A stretch of 64,000 nucleotides of DNA from assembly GCA_000708835.1 (NCBI GenBank), contig DF236950.1, positions 477,866-541,865 of the forward strand, written 5' to 3'. Positions 1-11,669 of the stretch are shown here, piece after piece. The position numbers and the translations under genes are program-made. Each line of letters begins with the position of its first letter. Position 1 is the stretch's first letter. Origin of the DNA: Klebsormidium nitens. Its lineage: Eukaryota; Plantae; Klebsormidiophyceae. The notes under the pieces are model-generated. The model worked only from the letters and a program-made list of their open reading frames with translations. It made no database searches and was not told where the DNA came from.

Positions 1-2
1 TT

Positions 3-548
3 GTGCACGTTCAAATTGCTTGCCCTGACTTTGGCGCCATTCGATTTGTTAAAAGAACGAGCCCCTTCCGCTCCTGCTGCGCAGCTTCCCATTGGTGGCA
101 GGTCGTCCTGGTTGCTGCAGCGGCCGCCTCCGTTGTCGACGCTCTCGTCTTCGCCCGCATCTCCTCGAGGGCCGTGCACGGCCTTGCATTGGCCATGGCC
201 TTGACGGGCGACTTTGGCGAGGTTGGCGAGCGGCGGCGGTTCTCGGGCGTGCGGCCAGCGCTGAAGAAGCAGAGTGCGATGATCGAGATGGAGGGCGAGG
301 TGCAGAAGGCTCTGCCGAACGCCATGTTCCAGGTGGCGCTGGACAACGGGTGCCAGGTGCTGGCGCACATCTCGGGCAAAATCCGGCGCAACAGAATTGA
401 GATCTTCCAGGGGGACCGTGTCAAGGTTGAGATCTCACCTTACGACCTTACAAGAGGTCGCATCACGCACAGGAACAGGCGGGCAGGGCAAGGGCCGGCC
501 ACTCCAGGCGGGCCCAATCCTCCGGGGGGCAACCCTGTGCCAGCATGA
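3..548 (+). CDS. infA: Translation initiation factor IF-1 (bacterial/plastid type), nuclear-encoded, with N- and C-terminal extensions; 5' end may lie outside the window
   Basis: The translation contains [64 protein letters not shown], a recognisable IF-1 S1/OB domain. The ORF is open from position 3 (GTG); an in-frame ATG (MALTG) near 195 is an alternative start. Confidence 0.93.
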   Translation: MHVQIACPDFGAIRFVKRTSPFRSCCAASHWWQVVLVAAAAASVVDALVFARISSRAVHGLALAMALTGDFGEVGERRRFSGVRPALKKQSAMIEMEGEVQKALPNAMFQVALDNGCQVLAHISGKIRRNRIEIFQGDRVKVEISPYDLTRGRITHRNRRAGQGPATPGGPNPPGGNPVPA

Positions 549-1900
549 GAACAAAGGCGGTTTTAGCGTGTCCTTGATCGAGAGCACTAGGCGTGCCTCA
601 CCCATTTGACTGACCTGTATTGCTTGTAAAGGTGGTTGGTGGTATTATGGGAGCGTATAGTGGGCGGTTGCTGTGGTCACCAGCTTTACCCAGTACGGTG
701 TTGTGTACCATAGGATATATACTTAGGCATGGTCAATTGCCAGGAGACTTACTGCAATAAGCGGGACGCCGCTGCTATGTAGCAAGCACCTCACGTCGAT
801 TTCCATTCATACAGCACTCACACTGAGTAAGCTTGATTGGTCGGGCGTGCAACCTGGTGGAAGCTTTTCCAAAGCCACAAAGCCAGTGGCCGTCCACGGT
901 GCCCATCTATCAAGTATGTTTGATATAGTGTTTTGGAAGGTAACCATAACACATGGTTCTTACACATGCAAAGGAACCCTTCCGTCGGCATCATTATCGG
1001 AGGCGGCGGTCAAGCTTCGTGTTGAAGATGCCGGGAGGACAGATATCATGTGAGCCTGGCCTAGCCTGCTTATGATCATATAAGCAGGACTTAAATCAGG
1101 ACATGAGTCCGCGTCACCATGTCGTACGTGGCGCATGCACTGAACCATGGAGTCCTCAATTGATCGCGCGTGTGCACGCATGCCTAAGTGCATGTGCTGA
1201 AAGCTAGATCCGGCCGTCAGTGATGTCTGACTTGGACCGATCATAAAACAATTAATTGCATACGGGTACATGTGGCCCCGGCCGGTGACGTACAAGTTCT
1301 CAGCCGGCTGCATGAGAACTCGTACGTGATTGCAACAGGATTTTGCTGTATACAATCAGAAGCATGCGCATGCAGTCATCTATGTAGCTAGCTGCAGCTA
1401 AAGGTCATGCTGATTGGTAAAATGTTCAATGGATTCAACGGTGTAGGCTCGCAGCTGTTGTTTGGCGTATACCGTCATGTGCGCACTCTCATATATGTCC
1501 ATGCTCGGGCGATCGCGATATCGAGCATGCCCTCAACCGGATCCGGATTGTGTGAGCCTTAGCTCTGACTACAAGGTCATGCTGTGCGGGATCGTCCTTA
1601 CGAACTTAATTGTTGTCAGCAGCTACTATACCAGTACTCTGAACCGCCTACAGCTTTTAGAATTGTTGCAAAGTCGCATGTGCTCCACTGACCGTCGTTC
1701 GTTTTGATTGGTATAATCAGGCGGCCGCGCATGTCCTTTTGAAATGGCGGGAGAGCACTTGAATGACATGTACTGCGAGCAGATCAAACCTTACATCAGA
1801 ACTGTAATCATACATTCCTCATGTCATTAGCGTGCATGCCGCAGAATTAGTCTTTCCGTGTAACAGGAAGATCGAGAGTGTTCCCTCATGCACTCGAGCC

Positions 1901-4900
1901 TCAATGGGTCGCTTCTGCAGCTGCCAGTACTCTGGCGCAGTACACTTGCGAGCGGTGTTTTTGCATCACTTTGCGCACCGCCTCTTCTACCTGCACTCCC
2001 CTCACTCGCGCCGCCACTTCGAGCGCGCTGCACACGGCGGCCTGCACGCGCGCATCCGGGTCGTCCATGTGCACCAGCATGCCGTCCACCAGCTCGCGCA
2101 CCTCCGCCCCGTCCTCGTGCGGCGGCAGGCTCGCAAACAGCTGCCGCGCGGCGCCTGTGATCTCGATCCTGATCTCGTCGTTGCTGTCGTCCAGCCGCTT
2201 CAGCACGTCCTTGTACAGGGCCCGCCGCTGCTCCCCGCTCAGCGCCGGCCCGGCGACCCGCACCAGGTGCTCCGCCACGTGGCAGGCTGCGCGGCGCGTG
2301 TCCACGTAGTAGTCCTCCTCCAGGCAGGAGCGCACCACCGCCAGCAGCGAGCTGCCGCTCAGCACGCCCAGCAGGTCCTCCTGGAACGTACGGGTGACGT
2401 GGTCGCTAACATTGAAAAGTTCAGGCATAAGCTTGAGGGCTGTGATTACGAACTGACCTCAGCATCCGATTCATTGCCTGCCATGCCATGTTCCTCAACC
2501 AGCGGCTGCTCCGCGCTGGTCATTGGAACCGAGCCAGTCCTCGCTTCTCGATGTGCCTTCGCTCGCCTTCTGTCCCCCCCGCCGGGGCCTCACCTGGGTG
2601 CAGAGGTCGTTTCTGAGCAGCGTTCCGGTGGCCACCATGGCGGCGTGGCGCACGGCGGCGGCCACCTTGCCGGCCCGCCACACCCCGCACGGCACCAGCA
2701 TCTCGGCGAGCAGGCGCGCGGCCCGGCGACGCCAAGTGGCGGCCAGGGCAGGCACCTCCAGCAGCTCGTCCACCAGCTGCGCCGCAGAAGCAGGAGTGAC
2801 AGAGTGCGGCAAAGACACCGTACATGCGGAAACCGAAACGCTGGGCATGCTTGAGTAGAAAGAGATAAATGGCGACGCATTTTGAGCCCTTGCAACAAAG
2901 GTGGTCTGCACAATGAACCTGGCGCCCTGACAATCATGCCTTCAGCTTCAGCGATCCGGACGCAACATACCAGAAGAAGCTGCGAATCGACCCGACAACC
3001 AGCAGGCCAGGCCTTTCATCAATCTAGCAGGGTGCACCGCACAGCTGGGGTCCTAACCTGCAGAGCACTGATCCTGAGCGCCGCCTCCCTCTCCTGCTGC
3101 ACCACCCCCGCCAGCACGGGGAGTGCCTGCTCCAGGCCCGGCCCCGCAGCGGCCCCGGCCGCGTGCAGCAACGCCTGGAAGAGCTGCCAGCCGGGCGACA
3201 CGGACACCCATTGCGCATGGTCCGCGGTCGCTGTGGCCAGGAGCCCTGACAGGTGCTCCGAGAACAGCGACGACACCGACGAGTGCCCAGTAGCGCGCGC
3301 GAGTGCGGACGTGACTTCTGCAGCGGAGTGCTGGAGGGGGACATCGTTGGGGGTGGCCTGGAGCTGCAGAGTGATGAGACGAGAGCGTCAGAAGGTGAGG
3401 AGACGAGCGAGCTGGCACCAACGCCATGTCAGTCGGGCACTACGAACGGCGCCGATGGCAGACTGATGGCCGCACATAGAGCGACGCTGGATGACCGTCG
3501 ACTCTCAAAGCCTTGAAAGCCCGGGTTCCGTTTTCCACAGGGAGTCTTGTACGAGAGACACGTCTCACGAGTAGTCGAAGCAATGAAGATCTAAGCAACG
3601 GTCATAAGGTCACTGTACCTAACATGGTCCAGAGCACCAGGCTGGCACAAAGTAGCGTATGCAAGCGACGCGGACCCATACCTGCAGGAGCGTTTGCAGG
3701 AGGGGCAGGGTGACGGGCCCACAGGCGGGCCCCGCCGCACGGACCAGGTTGGTCACCACCGCCAGCAACTGGGTGCGCACCGCCGCATGCTCGGCGCACC
3801 GCAGTTCCTCCCCGGCCACGATCTGAGCGATCTGCAGGGACGCGAAGCGATTCGGGTCGGTACGAGAGTGGCCTCGTCATGTGAGGACGTGACCGAGGGA
3901 CCCTGGATTTCACGTTGGAAGTCTGCTCCTTGCTCTGGTCAATCACGTGACGCGAGACAGGGTCTAGGAACAAAGCGTGTGCGAAGAGGGCCCGAGTAGA
4001 GCAGTTTCGTCGCTTTGCAACACCGCTTACGAAAGCTGCGGAGGCGTCACGCAACCCACCTGCGCGACATGCTCCGCAGCGAGGCCCCCCTCTTCCGTGG
4101 CGTGCAGCAGCGCCGCCAGGACGACCAGCCGGTTGGCCTTTTGCGCAGCGCTGGCGCGCGGCGCCGTAAGCTCGTCCCCCATGATGGGCACCCACATCGC
4201 GGGCCGCACCGCCGCCCCCACCACGTGGCCGCAGCTCACTATCCGCTTTGCCACGTCAGCATCCTCGTCGCCCACCGCAGCGCACAGCATGGGCACGATA
4301 ACGTCTACGTGGCCCGTCACGTTCTCCCCCCCCAGGACCAGGACCGTGTGCAAGACTCGCGCCGCCCCTTGGCGCAAGGCCACGGTCCACTCGCGCAGCT
4401 CCTTTTGCAGCGGCCGCAGCAGCTCCCGCAAGTGCGTCGCCACGACCTTCTGGATGCCGGGGGCCGGCCGCCCCTTGTACCGGGGCGGCAGAGGGGGGCC
4501 GCGCCACGNNNNNNNNNNNNNNNNNNNNNNNNNNNNNNNNNNNNNNNNNNNNNNNNNNNNNNNNNNNNNNNNNNNNNNNNNNNNNNNNNNNNNNNNNNNN
4601 NNNNNNNNNNNNNNNNNNNNNNNNNNNNNNNNNNNNNNNNNNNNNNNNNNNNNNNNNNNNNNNNNNNNNNNNNNNNNNNNNNNNNNNNNNNNNNNNNNNN
4701 NNNNNNNNNNNNNNNNNNNNNNNNNNNNNNNNNNNNNNNNNNNNNNNNNNNNNNNNNNNNNNNNNNNNNNNNNNNNNNNNNNNNNNNNNNNNNNNNNNNN
4801 NNNNNNNNNNNNNNNNNNNNNNNNNNNNNNNNNNNNNNNNNNNNNNNNNNNNNNNNNNNNNNNNNNNNNNNNNNNNNNNNNNNNNNNNNNNNNNNNNNNN

Positions 4901-7479
4901 NNNNNNNNNNNNNNNNNNNNNNNNNNNNNNNNNNNNNNNNNNNNNNNNNNNNNNNNNNNNNNNNNNNNNNNNNNNNNNNNNNNNNNNNNNNNNNNNNNNN
5001 NNNNNNNNNNNNGCCATTGCGTCGCGGGGGCTGTCGGGAGGCTCGGCCAGGCGATCGCCGACTTGCTCGGCGAGCTCGAGCGTGCGGGACGCGATGTCGG
5101 AGGAGGGGTCGGTGACGCCCACCAGGAGCAGCGGCAGGAGGTCCAGCACGTACGGCTGGGGGTCGAAGGCGGGCGGGGGGGGGAGGGGCAGACTGCCGGA
5201 CGGGGCGCCCAGCCAGTGAGCAATGGACGAAAAGAGGAGCTGCAGCGAGAAAGACCATCAAAACGAGGATCAGCATAGAGCTCTTCATTCGTTGGTCTCG
5301 AGAGCGATTCGAACGGCAATTTCTACAGCCTCTATTATTGCATGTACGATGTATACGGAGCTCCTGTTGCCCACACTTTGTGGCAAAAGCGCGGCGGCTG
5401 ACCTGGCGGACTGCGGCGGCCTTGTCGAAGGCAAGGGGCTTGATGCCAGGGGGGAGGACGTCCGTGAGGCTGCCCGCGGGCAAGCCGCCAGTCGCAACCA
5501 CCCCATCCAGCGCCTGCAGGACGGCAGTCCGGACCTGCGCGAGGCGGCACACGAGAGTATCCAGGCTCAGGCACAATAGAGGAGTTGCCTTGCTGAGTCT
5601 TTGCATGATGTCACGGGTCGGACTTCATGGAATCTGTCAGGCAACCTCTAGACTACGAGCTGACCCTTTGAAGCCCGACAAATAAGGTCAAAACGCAACA
5701 GAACGTATCGATTCTTCGAGAGGGAACGTCTTGCTTAAGGCGAGCTGACGACCAGCAAAGAAAAGGCTCTCTTTTTTTTGTCCCGACTCGCCGGCTTTCT
5801 CAGACTACTGGCTTGTAAAGGCGCCTGAGCTACTAATGACCACCTCCAGCTCTTACCCGTGAGTGTGGATGGGCCACGTTCTGGAGCAGTGCTTTCATCA
5901 GCCCCTCCGCGTGAGGTGCCAACGCTCCGGGGCACTGCCGTGCGCCTGCCACGATGCCGCGACAGGCCGCCTTCTTGATCTCGTGGAAAGGATCTTGCAG
6001 CACCTGGCTTAGCACCTGCACTCATTGGGTGGCCTCAGCAACTACACCCTCAGCTTGGGCGCTCTGCTTGTAGGAGGCCAGCTACGAACCACAACCCCTT
6101 TGGCATGGACATTTGGCACAAGCTCGGAGCCAGAGGGTCCGCTGAGCCTTGAGGGACGCAAGCGAGGGCGACGGTTCGTGTCCTTACTGCTGCTACATCT
6201 TGTGCGGCGGCCTGCGAGGGCTGCTGCGTGCACCGGGGCAGCAGGCTGTCCGCCAGCAGGGCCACCAGCTGGAGGCGCACCTCCTCCGACGTCTCCGCCA
6301 CGGGGCTCACGCCTGCAACGACACCCTGGGCAGCTCAGAAGACGGGGGAAACCTCCTCTGGCTGACGAGGGAAGGTTTGGCAAGAGTAGCACAGGGACGA
6401 GGCGTCAGGAGTCGGGCAGAAGCTGTTATTAATCATGAGGGTGTATCACTTTGGCAGCTGGCGGAGCATTGCAATGGAGCTCACCGATGCGGGCTCTGAC
6501 AGGGGGCATGACCTGGTCCATCACAGTGCCCACCTGCATGGACTACGCGCAGTGAGCAATGCAGCTGTTGTTCAAGATTGAGAAGGCACCAGATTGAGTC
6601 CTACGAAAAATAAAAAGCAAGCATACTTCGCTCTGTATGGGGCCCTACAATCAGCTGGGCACCGAAAACGGGACCGAACAGTCCCCCACCAATGCAGAAG
6701 TATACCTGAGGTAGCTTGGAGGTGACGGCCTGCATGATCCCCAGGGCCAGCTCACGGCACTTCTCAACAGGGTCACTCAGCAGCTGAAGGAACGGAGGCA
6801 GCAGCCCAGAAGCGCACAGGGCCTGCAAGGATACATGTTGTGTCTCAGTGAGGAATAAAAACCTTTGGACAGTTTGCAATGCAAGCATGGCCCTCGAGCA
6901 GAGCAGAATACAGCCCCAGCTGCACCACCCTTTTTAAAACATCTTCTGTGCAATGAGATGGTCCATACCTCCAGGTACGGCCCATCAGGTGCCACAGTCC
7001 CCGCGCCCGTCGGTGCCAACAGCTTTTTGAAAGTTTCAAGAGCAGCTCGCCGCACAGATCTATCCGGGTCTTGCAAGCGATTGAATTCTCGCTGGTGTGC
7101 CTGCAACATACATTAGCTACAGGTTGGACACATACCACCTGAAAGGAATTGCTTGATGCAGCTCAAACATAATCCTTGAGGGAGCCAATCGCTTTTGCAA
7201 GCTAGTGGAATGTATTCCAGCAACTAGGCAAGCTTGCGGGCTAATAACAGCTGAAAAGCGAAGGCGTTCGAGGAGATACATGCCAGTGCTTGAGTAGCAG
7301 GGTTCCTTTCAACAGTCCGTACTTGCACCACCAAAGCCTACTTTCCAGGGCGTGAAGACAGCGAGTTCAAGAACGTTTGGCAGCGTATTGTGGGCACAAT
7401 TCTGCGTTTTAGCCAAATTCACCTGAAAGAAAGAGCCAAGTCTCTCTGTGCCATCCAGATTGGTCCCCTGGACCGCCAT
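1901..7479 (-). CDS. DNAAF5: Multi-exon HEAT/ARM-repeat protein, dynein axonemal assembly factor 5 (HEATR2)-like
   Basis: Phase-consistent GT-AG exons give MAVQGTNLDGTERLGSFFQ|AHQREFNRLQDPDRSVRRAALETFKKLL, LLPPFLQLLSDPVEKCRELAL, LLVGVTDPSSDIA, LVVLAALLH and KRLDDSNDEIRI...LVHMDDPDARVQAAVCSAL...EATH*. The HEAT-repeat pattern is direct. DNAAF5 orthology is from my recall of the family layout. One exon region is lost in the N gap. Confidence 0.75.
4509..5012. other. Assembly gap (504 N) inside the HEAT-repeat gene
   Basis: A run of N is directly visible, flanked by coding sequence on both sides. Confidence 0.99.
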
Positions 7480-7728
7480 CACTCCAGAATCGGCGTCGGC
7501 ATTCAAACCACCTTACAGAACGCTCTGAGCATTAGCTCGTTTGCAGTGCAACTAAGGATCTAACAGATTTAATTCAATCTAGGCAGAGCGCGGCAGGGCG
7601 GACGCCCTCGATTGCTGCTCTTTGCAGAGACATTGTGAGCTGGAAAGACATTTTAGATTTCTGCTGCAATCTGCTCAAAAAGGAAGGAAAAAGGACGTCT
7701 GTCTCGAGCATTTATCCGACAAACAATA

Positions 7729-7738
7729 TTTAGGGTTT
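7729..7738 (-). promoter_or_regulatory. Telo-box-like motif (AAACCCTAAA) about 250 bp upstream of the HEAT gene start
   Basis: The + strand reads TTTAGGGTTT. Telo-boxes are known plant promoter elements, but a single 10-mer could occur by chance. Confidence 0.3.
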
Positions 7739-8816
7739 TGGCATTGCTCCCGGCAGCGCAAGCCTGAGGCGCGCCGCCGCGGCCGCGTGTTGGCGCTGCC
7801 GTACGGAGCCGGCCGCGCAGCCGGCCAGGTGGCCAGGAAAACTTAGGCAGCTAAACTCCAGAGCTGCCACAATCGGTCCCGGGCAAATGGTTCGATAGAC
7901 TTTTCCGTCATCGTGCGCCGTCAAATCGTTCATCGCACGGCCGGAGTTCAGTTTAAACCATTACATCGCAAAATTGGACCCGTCGAACGAAACTCATTAA
8001 GCTTTGCCTTAGGACTCAGGTGCAAAAAGTGCGCGGCACTGCACTCGGGTATTGTCGTACTGCCCGGCTGAAATATGAAAGTGGTCGGGATTACAAAATT
8101 TTAGTGCGGCCGAGTGACCGCGGGACTGCATCCGGTAGGTACTTATCGAAATTTAAAATTCTTCACGGAAGTCGGTGATTTCCGACCCGCCGAAAGGCCT
8201 TGTTTCCACTGAACACTGAGTTACACTCACTGAATTAAAGGGCTACAAGCCGCGCACGAGGCCTGTAGCCCCAAATTCGCCGGCGACTCCGACTCTAATC
8301 GACCGGGCCTCGCGCGGGAGGCTGTACTACTGTTCTACTAGTAAAGTAGGCTGCGCCGAGGCTGCAGTGGCCAATATCCGGGCCTCCGAAGCGTTACATA
8401 GCTGAGACTTCAGACTTGCTGTTCGATAGCCTCTCGTGAGTTGGATTTCCTAGGGTCCGGACCGGTTGTGGCGCGCTCAGCTCAAGGACGAAATGGCTGC
8501 ATGCATGTATGTTGCTGTTGCTGTTGCACATGTTGCTGTTGCTGGTAGATTATTGCATTCTTGACGCCCAACTTTGATACCTCGTCCTAAGGTGTGTTTC
8601 TTCAGAAAGAATTGGGTGTCAAGCCTCTTGAGCTCCATGCACAACTGAACATTCTTGTTCGGCTTCAATCGGCCTTGCCAGGCCTTGAATCAACTAGGTA
8701 CTATCCTCGGCTTGGGGTGTGCTTCAAGGTTGTGCGGACTAGCGGACTACCTGTACTTGGTTTGGGAATATCCGCTTATCAAGGAGTCGCAGCAAGCAGC
8801 TTCAAGATTTGCCAAG

Positions 8817-10837
8817 ATGATTGGTTTCATCGTAGTGGGGTTGGGCATCGCTGCCGCTTTGTACATGCTGCGGCCCAAGGACCCAATCATTAAGGTGGTA
8901 CAGGTTCACATCAAGGGGTTTAGTGTCCGGACACAAGTCACCCCCATACCTGCGGTTCTTGTCGACCTGGAGGTTTCGATGGATGTCTTGTGCAAGAATC
9001 TGAACCCTGTTCCCATCTCCTGCAGTGAGGTGAGTCCAGCCTTATCTTGCTCGTTCTAGGTTCAATGATCTTTCATTTGGATTGACGTGAGGTGCGATCC
9101 AAGCCCAACCGACAGGCTTCGTGGACTGCATGAATGACCATCTCTGACCTCCGCTTGAGAATGCTGAGTAATTGGAAAGAAGGTGCAGTGGGCCTGCTCA
9201 TATTGCCTCGGTCATTTTGCAAGGCCTTGCTGGGACAGAGATGCTTTTGTCGTCAAGTTTGTGATCTATCGCTTCTAGTTGTCATGGGCAGAGATTAAGT
9301 CGCAGTAGGTGGCTTCCTTTTGAAGTATTATTGTGCACGTCAGGCAATTGTTGTTTTGGATCTCGCTTCTTCTGACAGTATTCTTTTGCGCAGGCGCTCA
9401 TGGATATTGTCTACGAGGGACAGAAACTTGGTACTGGAGATGTCCCCTTCAGCGAACAGCCCGGTTGCAGCAGCAGAATCATCACCATCCCAGGGAAGAT
9501 CAGCAGCATTGCTGGTGAGTTCTCCTCGGTAATATGCTCTGGCGGAGACAAGGTCAGGATAACATGCCCAGGAAAGGCGAACATTCTTTTGAATTGATGC
9601 TGGGGTGTCCATTGACAGGGCAGTTCTACTAGGGCAAGACTCTTTCAATTGCAACTATACACCAAAACGGTTTGGCTCTTCAGTGGGCACTTGGTCCCCG
9701 TAGTTTCCTTCAACCTGGAGGACGTAGAAGCATTCGCACGGATAGAATCATATGTCGGAACTGCGCGTCTCAGTTTCAAGTTCAAATGTATTCGGCCCTG
9801 AAGGGACTCACGGGATGTCCTTTTTCGAGGGAGCTCTTACCCGTACACAACCCAAGGGCTCTGTACTTCAAGCGGGGACTTTAGGTCACTTTACCTGGCG
9901 GACTGGCTAGTTCCAACGAGTGCTAGGTCACCCAATGTTTTAGTTTCTTCCCATGTCTTATTGGTTGCTCAACAAGTTGTTTCGATTTCGCAAAGGCAAT
10001 TACACGGAAGGGTCTCTTGAATGGAAAGAGGAATTTTTAAGGGTGAAGTCTTGTTGCGTCTAGTCTGTAGTAGACAACTTTGACCTCTTTTACAGATACT
10101 GATGACCAAATTGTCGCATTGTCTGTCTCAGTCTCATTTGCACATTTACAGGGCAGGCTTCGAAGAAGAGTCTCGCCTCTGCAAATCCCTGAATTGGTGC
10201 AATTGCATTCGCAGCTCTGGGCACACTTGGCCCAAAGTTGTTATCGGACATCGCTAAGCGGGAGGTCAAGCTCACGGGAATAGTAACCCTGAAGGGAGTC
10301 GCCAAGCTAGGTGCAATCAAGCATCGATTCAACGTAAGCTTCTTGCTTCAGGAGACTGTCTCTCTCTGTTTAAAATATCACTTTGGAATCGTTGAGCATA
10401 CTACTGTGCCCCTTCGATGCTTTCGTCTCCAAAAAGTCGTTCAGCTGCGTTGCAAAAGTGGTTTTGGTCTGGCCTTCAACTTCAAGATTGCTCGCCCTTC
10501 TCTGGATTCTGGAAAATAGTTCGTTCACTGGCGAAAGTCTGTTCTGTTTTCTAGCATGTAGGATGTATTCAAGCAAGCGTTATTTGCGAGGCAAAGCCCT
10601 TTTCTGCATAATCGACGACTTTTACTCCTAGTTTCCCCTCACATTGACATCACACATCTTTCATTCCGGCCTTGAAGCTAAAAGTCACAAAACTCTTCTT
10701 TTGTGCAGGTAGGGGTCAACTGCGACGTAGTGGTTGACCCGCTCATGGTCGATGTGATCAGGAGCAGTAGTGAATGTGACATGGATCTTTTCCCAACACT
10801 GAAGGGCGATGATCAAAATCCGGGAAAGACGGAGTAG
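8817..10837 (+). CDS. LEA_2 (late embryogenesis abundant 2 / NDR1-HIN1-like) domain protein, 4 exons, N-terminal TM anchor
   Basis: Exons 8817-9029, 9394-9514, 10217-10333 and 10709-10837 splice in frame: MIGFIVVGLGIAAALYMLRPKDPIIKVVQVHIKGF...NLNPVPISCSE|ALMDIVYEGQKLGTGDVP...|ALGTLGPKLLSDIAKREVKLTG...|VGVNCDVVVDP...TE*. TM followed by PxxP, an NxNP motif and xxYxGxxLG is typical of LEA_2. Confidence 0.85.
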
Positions 10838-11669
10838 ACCTTTAATGCTACATTCCTCTGAATATCAAATCGGAACAGTCTGGCATCAGGTAAGTTCGAG
10901 TCTATCAGAGTGTCCACAATCTTAGGGTCCCACGTGTAGCATCTCATCGTTTTCAAAATTCAGGGTCTGTACCGGGTATAAGCGCGCGGCAGGCCATTTT
11001 TGAAACCTGACACCCTCTTCTGAGCATTGTAAGGGGCGTGCACATTGCATGGGCCGGACACCCTCTTAGACCGTACGACCCATAATCAACATACTGGCGC
11101 TGAATCTGTTCTCAACAACTATAGTTGATACTGCTCTCAAACGCTAGTGAGAGCCCCGATCGAGTCCGCCCCAGGCAACCAATTCGTTGGGGGCCTTATA
11201 TGTACTAACTGATTCATCATGTGAGCTATATATACCATGTTGTCACCGTCACATGTGCTGCACCAACTAAAGAATAGATATATTAGCTTATATACATATA
11301 TGCGACTGATGTTGCACATTCAGAGACCTCATCGTTACATACTGTGGTACTCTGCACGCAATCGTGTGCCCCTGTCACATGGCAGTGTATGCATATATCA
11401 ATGCGCGCTCGATCTGATAAATTGATAAAATAAATGCGTTGATCAGTTCCTGCATGGGACATGGCTGCATGCACATGGCGCAGTGAATCATTGGCTGCAG
11501 AGCCTGTCATGCTGATCTTCAATTGCTCGGAAACCGTCTAGCAAGCACCGTCACCTTCGTCTTGGAGTTGGTGCACATATAGCGCGCATGGGTAAACATG
11601 TTAAGGCGCATGATTTGCGCGGGCACACTATATACGGCTGTGCCTTGCAACTACTTCCGAGTATGTGGC

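Noticed and set aside
1832-2854. Long plus-strand ORF (340 aa), and similar antisense ORFs such as 12651-13406, 46622-47080 and 60706-61512
   Set aside because: These are antisense shadows of GC-rich coding exons on the opposite strand, with no recognisable domains.
3977-5606. Long ORFs (297-433 aa) listed across 4000-5600
   Set aside because: They are artefacts of reading through the 504-N gap. Only the minus-strand HEAT exons are supported.
8260-8292. Small hairpin GGGCTACAAGCC...GGCCTGTAGCCC resembling a terminator
   Set aside because: The stem is short, there is no U-tract, and it sits in a eukaryotic divergent promoter region. It is within chance expectation.
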